Position numbers and translations under genes: made by a program
Shown here: piece after piece, positions 57,872 through 64,000 of the stretch
Position numbering within the stretch: the stretch's first letter is position 1
Layout: each line of letters begins with the position of its first letter
Origin: an uncultured Dehalococcoidales bacterium
GTDB taxonomy: Bacteria > Chloroflexota > Dehalococcoidia > GIF9 > UBA5629
Assembly: GCA_964554375.1 (NCBI GenBank)
Contig: CAZKOL010000001.1
Coordinates: 24,597 to 88,596 of the forward strand
Direction: 5' to 3'
Length of the DNA: 64,000 nt
The notes under the pieces: model-generated
Seen by the model: only the letters and a program-made list of their open reading frames with translations
The model's database searches: none
Told to the model about the DNA's origin: nothing

Positions 57872-58450
57872 ATGGCATACGAGGCAAAGGATTACGCCAG
57901 GCTGTTGGGAATGGAGGGGTTCAGCGACGGATTGCTGAACACACATTTTACTCTTTACAAGGGCTATGTCGCCAACACCAACAAGCTGCTTGACAGTCTA
58001 TCGGGTATGCTCAAGGATGGTAAGACCGGGACCCCCGAGTATGCCGAGCTTAAGCGCAGGATGGGCTGGGAATTCAACGGCATGAGGCTGCACGAGTACT
58101 ACTTCGAAAACCTGGGCGGCAAAGCAGCGCTCAACAAGGACGGGAAGCTGGGCAAGCTGCTGGCCGCCGACTTCGGCAGCTACGACGCCTGGCTGCAGGA
58201 CATGAAGGGCACGGCATCCATGCGTGGGATCGGTTGGACCATACTTTACCGGGACGCGGCCGGGGGCAGGCTATTTAATCAGTGGATCAACGAGCATGAC
58301 GCCGGCCACCCGGCCGGGTGCCAGCCGCTGCTCGTGCTGGATGTCTTCGAACACGCCTTTATAACCGATTACGGCCTCAAGCGGGCCGACTATATCGAGG
58401 CTTTCATCAAGAATATCGACTGGAAGGCCGTTGAAGAGCGCGTCCGCTGA
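57872..58450 (+). CDS. Fe/Mn-family superoxide dismutase
   Basis: metal ligands conserved (THF, RLHEYYF, DVFEHAFI = D-x-x-x-H); 192 aa. Confidence 0.75.
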   Translation: MAYEAKDYARLLGMEGFSDGLLNTHFTLYKGYVANTNKLLDSLSGMLKDGKTGTPEYAELKRRMGWEFNGMRLHEYYFENLGGKAALNKDGKLGKLLAADFGSYDAWLQDMKGTASMRGIGWTILYRDAAGGRLFNQWINEHDAGHPAGCQPLLVLDVFEHAFITDYGLKRADYIEAFIKNIDWKAVEERVR

Positions 58451-58496
58451 CCGCACGCTGGTAAAAATAAAGACGGCGGAAAAGGCAGGTGGCGTT

Positions 58497-59156
58497 ATGT
58501 TTAACTCTCACACTGCACGTACGGTGGTCCTGTTACTTGCAATCCTGCTCACCTGGGCGCCGGCCGGATGCCAGTCGCCTGACCAGCAGACTCAACCCGT
58601 TTCCCAACCACCTGCCCCTGCGCCGGCAGCCGGCACAGAGCCCGCGGAACAGCCGGCAGCGACGGCCGGCGGCAACGTAATAGCCTGGGCTGCGGACGGT
58701 GTGATAACGCCGGGGGAGTACCGGAGTAATAAATCCTTCGGTGACTATGAGCTCTGGTGGACTGCCGATGACCAGTACGTTTACATGGGCATGAAGGCTA
58801 AAACGCCGGGATGGGTGGCCGTGGGCTTCGACCCCGAATCGATGATGCAAAACTCCGATATCGTCGAGGGGTTTGTTAAAGACGGGCAGCTATCTATTGC
58901 AGACATGTACAGCACGGGCCAATTCGGGCCCCACCCTCCCGATACGCAACTGGGCGGGACGGACGATATACTGGCATCGGGGGGCAAATCGGACAGCGGT
59001 TATACAACGATTGAATTCAAGCGGAAGCTGGACACCGGCGACAAGTATGACAAGCCGCTGCACAGTGGGACAAACAAGATTATCTGGGCCTATGGCAGCG
59101 ACCCGCAGTTTACCATCAAACATATGGCACGCGGACAGGGAGAGATCGACCTTTAG
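58497..59156 (+). CDS. DOMON-domain lipoprotein (putative haem/sugar-binding, exported)
   Basis: signal peptide with lipobox LTWAPAGC; DOMON-like beta-sandwich segment YVYMGMKAKTPGWVAVGFDP; RBS aggtgg. Confidence 0.55.
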   Translation: MFNSHTARTVVLLLAILLTWAPAGCQSPDQQTQPVSQPPAPAPAAGTEPAEQPAATAGGNVIAWAADGVITPGEYRSNKSFGDYELWWTADDQYVYMGMKAKTPGWVAVGFDPESMMQNSDIVEGFVKDGQLSIADMYSTGQFGPHPPDTQLGGTDDILASGGKSDSGYTTIEFKRKLDTGDKYDKPLHSGTNKIIWAYGSDPQFTIKHMARGQGEIDL

Positions 59157-59193
59157 AAAATATTCGTGCAAATAATCAATACCGAGGTGCGCC

Positions 59194-59436
59194 GTGGATG
59201 CGTTTTTTCACTCTCAAACAGCCCTGAACATAATCTTGGCTTTCAGCATATCCAATATCGTACTGGGCGTGCTCGTCTTTTTCACCTGCCGCTGCATGCC
59301 GGGGTTCAAGTTTGCGCGCGGCCTCATGCATAACAAGACATACCTCAAATTCTATAAATTCCACGGCTACCTGTGGCTTATCTTCCTGGCATCGGTCATG
59401 ATACACGCCGTGTTCGCCATTAACTTCGCAAGGTGA
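59194..59436 (+). CDS. small membrane protein
   Basis: 80 aa, two TM helices. Confidence 0.4.
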   Translation: MDAFFHSQTALNIILAFSISNIVLGVLVFFTCRCMPGFKFARGLMHNKTYLKFYKFHGYLWLIFLASVMIHAVFAINFAR

Positions 59437-59572
59437 ATTTGAACAATGATGCGGCTTAGCCATCTTTTCGCGGGAATTAAAACCTATTTGCCTATATAAT
59501 ATTAAACAGCCAATATCGACGACGGAGTAAAATAACATCCCCGCTGCAAATTGAAATAGGAGAACACTGTGA

Positions 59573-60691
59573 ATGATAATGCCGGAGAAATGTGAAGGGG
59601 CAAACCGAAAACAGATCAACTCTGCGTCGCCAGGCTATTTGCCGACCATGACGCCGGACTATAGCCAGATTTCAGATACGGCAAAGGCGGTAGCTTCCAG
59701 GATGTTGCCGGAGATCATCGCTTTCATTCAATCCATTTCCCCTCAAATAGCCCGTATGTCTTCCGGGATGTCTTTTACGATGGCTGATTACGGCGCTGCA
59801 GATGGCGTCAACTCAAGCGGGTTATTCACCCGGATTATCGAACATATACATGCTATAAATCCTTCAGTAAAAATAAAATTGCTTTATATAGATATAGCAG
59901 GCCGGGCCCCTTTCGATAAGTTCTGTAAAATTTCAGGATTAGCCGGGTCTGAGCGCGCAGAAGCTGAATATATCCAGCGCTCCTTTTATAGACCGTTCCC
60001 TGAAATAACCGGGGAACTTCATCTCGGCTTTTCTTCTACATCGCTGCATTGGCTCGACACTGAAAATGTGGACTCCGCTTTTTTTCAACATCCTGCCTGT
60101 ATACAATCCAACCAGTTACCGGATACTGAACGTCAGAAATTCGTTGAAAAATGGAAAACCGATTGGAGAGTTTTTCTCCGGGAACGTTCGGACGAACTGG
60201 TTAAAGGCGGCGCCCTGTTTCTGGCAAACCTGACAAACCGGGGCCATTCTCTATGGCCGGCATCGGTGGGGTATAACAATCTTCGCGATATTTGCCACGA
60301 TTTATGCCGGGAACATAAGATCTCAAAAAAAGAGTTGAACGCCATTTTTGTGCCCGACTATTTTGCCACGCCGGAAGAGATTAACTCTCTGCTGACAGAA
60401 AATGAAATGAACAAGCTTTTTTATCTCAAATCATGCCATGACCTGACGGTCCCCTGCGCTTATTTTACACCGGTGAAAAATCAGCTCGATAAGCCGCAGG
60501 TAAGGGCTGATCTCGCCGATAAACTGGCGCATGTTGTCCGTGCATGGAGTGAATCTTCTATCAGGACAGGACTTTCCCTGAAAAATAAAGGCGTGATCGA
60601 AGAAATTTACCGGCGGTTAAGGGATAAGTTTTATGAAACCCCCAGAGGCCTGCCTTATGAGTACTGCCTGCTTGCACTCATAAAAAGGTAA
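59573..60691 (+). CDS. SABATH-family SAM-dependent carboxyl methyltransferase homologue (PF03492-like)
   Basis: MADYGAADGVNS... and FSSTSLHWLD (family motif F-x-x-x-SLHWLS), ~370 aa; AT-richer than surroundings. Confidence 0.6.
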   Translation: MIMPEKCEGANRKQINSASPGYLPTMTPDYSQISDTAKAVASRMLPEIIAFIQSISPQIARMSSGMSFTMADYGAADGVNSSGLFTRIIEHIHAINPSVKIKLLYIDIAGRAPFDKFCKISGLAGSERAEAEYIQRSFYRPFPEITGELHLGFSSTSLHWLDTENVDSAFFQHPACIQSNQLPDTERQKFVEKWKTDWRVFLRERSDELVKGGALFLANLTNRGHSLWPASVGYNNLRDICHDLCREHKISKKELNAIFVPDYFATPEEINSLLTENEMNKLFYLKSCHDLTVPCAYFTPVKNQLDKPQVRADLADKLAHVVRAWSESSIRTGLSLKNKGVIEEIYRRLRDKFYETPRGLPYEYCLLALIKR

Positions 60692-60723
60692 CGTGCACCT
60701 GCCTCTGATGGGAAATTTATATA

Positions 60724-61125
60724 TCAGGTCCTTTTCCTGACGGCCAGGGAGAGCCCTTCGATCGCGGTTACTATCACCTCGTCCCCGGCCTTCAGTTCGC
60801 TATCGGGGCAGGACGCCTTCCACAATTCCCCCTCTATCCTGACCCATACTTCATTCTGCATAATAGTCTCCACCGCGCCCGTGCTTCCGATGATGGAATC
60901 AGGGCCGGTCACTCCCTCATATAAAACCGTGGGATGTCCCACGCGGTACATGATATAGCAGTACACGGCGTAACAGGCCAGCACGGCTGCCACAACCCAC
61001 GCAGGGACCTTTACCCCGAAGGCGGGAAGTACCCACAGCAGCAGCGCGGCTATAGCTATCTCCTGGATAGTGCTGCTGATGATAGAGTATATCGTGTGCC
61101 AGCGGCCCGATCTGCGCTTTCTCAC
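60724..61125 (-). CDS. NfeD-like membrane protein (C-terminal OB-fold)
   Basis: N-terminal TM helices plus C-terminal beta-rich VWVRIEGELWKASCPDSELKAGDEVIVTAIEGLSLAV; 133 aa. Confidence 0.65.
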   Translation of the reverse strand: MRKRRSGRWHTIYSIISSTIQEIAIAALLLWVLPAFGVKVPAWVVAAVLACYAVYCYIMYRVGHPTVLYEGVTGPDSIIGSTGAVETIMQNEVWVRIEGELWKASCPDSELKAGDEVIVTAIEGLSLAVRKRT

Positions 61126-61146
61126 CTGTTCCCCGACTGCCGCGGC

Positions 61147-61908
61147 CTAATCATCGAATATCGCCACTACACGGCTCCAGCCTGCGCTGCCGCCGGTCAA
61201 CTTGACCGGGAAGCAGGCCACCTTGAACCCGGTTGGCCGGGGCAACTTATCGAGGTTGGCCAGTTTCTCGATGTGGCAGTATTCCTTTTTAATGCCGGCC
61301 TTGTGGGCGGTCCAGATCAACTTCTTATCGTGCGTCCTGTCGAATTCCTCCTTGATGGCCGCAAAAGGCCGGTCCCAACCCCAGGCATCGATGCCCATGA
61401 CACGGCTGCCCTGGTCTATCAGCCACAGGGTGGATTCCTCCGTCATGCCGCACCCCGCCGAAAAATAATCCGGCTTGCCCCACAATTTATCCGCGCCCGT
61501 CTGAATCATGACTATGTCCCACGGCTTGATAGTGTAGTTTATCTTTTTGAGGGCCGCCTTCAAATCGTCTACACTGACGCCTGAGCCCTGCGGCTTATGC
61601 CTCATATCCAGCACCACCCCGTCGTGATAAAACCATTCCAGCGGCATCTGGTCGATGGTCTTGGCTTTTTTGCCCTCGGAAACAGGTGAATAATGCCAGG
61701 GCGCGTCCACGTGCGTGCCCGCGTGCGCCCCCAGCGTTGCGGCATCGTCGGCCCACCCCAGACCGTCCGCCAGGTCCTCCTTTTTTCCTCCCAGGAACAT
61801 CTCGATAATGCCCAGGCTCAACTCATGTCCCTTATGCTCAACCTTGAGGGGAAGGGGTTCGCTGGGGCTGTCTTCCGTGGGCACGCTTAAATCGTATAAC
61901 CTGGTCAT
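61147..61908 (-). CDS. cyclase-family protein (kynurenine-formamidase-like metal hydrolase)
   Basis: H-x-G-T-H-x-D-A-P-x-H motif (GAHAGTHVDAPWH); 253 aa. Confidence 0.8.
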   Translation of the reverse strand: MTRLYDLSVPTEDSPSEPLPLKVEHKGHELSLGIIEMFLGGKKEDLADGLGWADDAATLGAHAGTHVDAPWHYSPVSEGKKAKTIDQMPLEWFYHDGVVLDMRHKPQGSGVSVDDLKAALKKINYTIKPWDIVMIQTGADKLWGKPDYFSAGCGMTEESTLWLIDQGSRVMGIDAWGWDRPFAAIKEEFDRTHDKKLIWTAHKAGIKKEYCHIEKLANLDKLPRPTGFKVACFPVKLTGGSAGWSRVVAIFDD

Positions 61909-62078
61909 TATCAGCCTCCTTATCGCTATTCAGAATGATTATGTCACAAAGGCAATAGAGCGTAAAGCCAGAGGTGTATTTGGACGTGCAAAATACCCTT
62001 CATATAACTCCCCTGTCTTTTTGCGGTAGCTGTTGGCACTGCTATACTTAATATGCGCAGGTACGATATAATGTTGCT

Positions 62079-62295
62079 GTGCCCACCGTATCAAGAATTA
62101 AGGGATTTCGCTTCTTCTTTTTCAGTAATGAGGCTAAAGAACCAGTTCATGTTCATGTTGAGTCTGATGATAAGTATGCTAAATTTTGGCTGGAGCCAGT
62201 ACTGCTTGCAAAATCGGTTGGCTATAGCGCAAAAGAGCTGAGCGAGATAAGAAAATTGATTGTAGAAAATGCCGATGATTTCAAAAGGAGTTGGG

Positions 62296-62315
<20 letters not shown>
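62079..62315 (+). CDS. DUF4160 family protein
   Basis: IKGFRFFFFSNEAKEPVHVHVESDD...AKFWLEP; 78 aa. Confidence 0.65.

Positions 62316-64000
<1,685 letters not shown>

Noticed and set aside
57872-58450. SOD-like gene as a degenerate pseudo-SOD
   Set aside because: All four metal ligands (H, H, D, H) are present on alignment by eye, so it is retained as a probably functional Fe/Mn SOD despite substitutions near H30.

Overview
This 64-kb window comes from a high-GC, apparently anaerobic bacterium. I infer anaerobic lifestyle from the gene content (corrinoid methyltransferase, B12 mutase, flavodiiron protein, superoxide reductase, rubrerythrin-like proteins). The window is densely coding; I found no rRNA, tRNA or CRISPR array.

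Layout:
- 1–6.3 kb: an MFS transporter followed by a catabolic operon (fused B12-dependent mutase, aldehyde dehydrogenase, BKACE/Kce-type beta-keto acid cleavage enzyme, 3-hydroxyacyl-CoA dehydrogenase).
- ~6.4–9.4 kb: a DUF4143 AAA ATPase and a Pif1-family helicase fused to a WYL domain.
- ~9.4–22.4 kb: a visibly AT-richer, horizontally acquired defence island, followed by an ADP-ribosylglycohydrolase (~22.5–23.3 kb). The island holds two diverged tandem DUF488 genes plus an unknown 247-aa gene; a tight three-gene minus-strand operon (80-aa acidic protein, 706-aa Rad50/SbcC-like ABC ATPase with a central CxxC zinc hook, 176-aa protein with a possible PD-(D/E)xK motif) that I consider the best candidate for an undescribed defence system; a small Mrr_N-like winged-helix protein; and a translationally coupled PLD–SNF2 helicase–nuclease with an Eco57I-like N6-adenine methyltransferase, followed by a small GIY-YIG protein.
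- ~23.4–33.5 kb: a zone rich in toxin–antitoxin pairs (orphan HicB with a non-HicA partner, XRE–Panacea antitoxin with an apparently frameshifted RelE/ParE-like toxin, WYL/BrxR-like regulator, two hicB–hicA pairs, RHH–RelE), plus an AAA+/DnaJ-zinc-finger/J-domain operon, msrA, a corrinoid-protein/MtaA-like methyltransferase pair and a C_GCAxxG_C_C protein.
- 33.6–50.9 kb: housekeeping and sugar-utilisation genes (STAS-fusion protein, CrtI-like oxidoreductase, HAD phosphatase, DUF362, FGGY kinase, GH1 beta-glucosidase, Fuc/Ara-isomerase-like protein, GPH symporter, unknown 668-aa protein, CoA-binding acyl-CoA synthetase-like protein).
- 51.6–58.5 kb: an oxidative-stress island (rubrerythrin-like protein, flavin reductase–rubredoxin fusion, flavodiiron protein, superoxide reductase, CopA, tandem ferritin-like protein, Fe/Mn superoxide dismutase).
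- 58.5–64 kb: a DOMON lipoprotein, a plant-type SABATH carboxyl methyltransferase homologue, an NfeD-like protein, a cyclase, a DUF4160/DUF2442 pair and the 5' part of ligA.

A family of four ~50–115-bp GC-rich palindromic intergenic repeats (REP/MITE-like) is scattered through the window.
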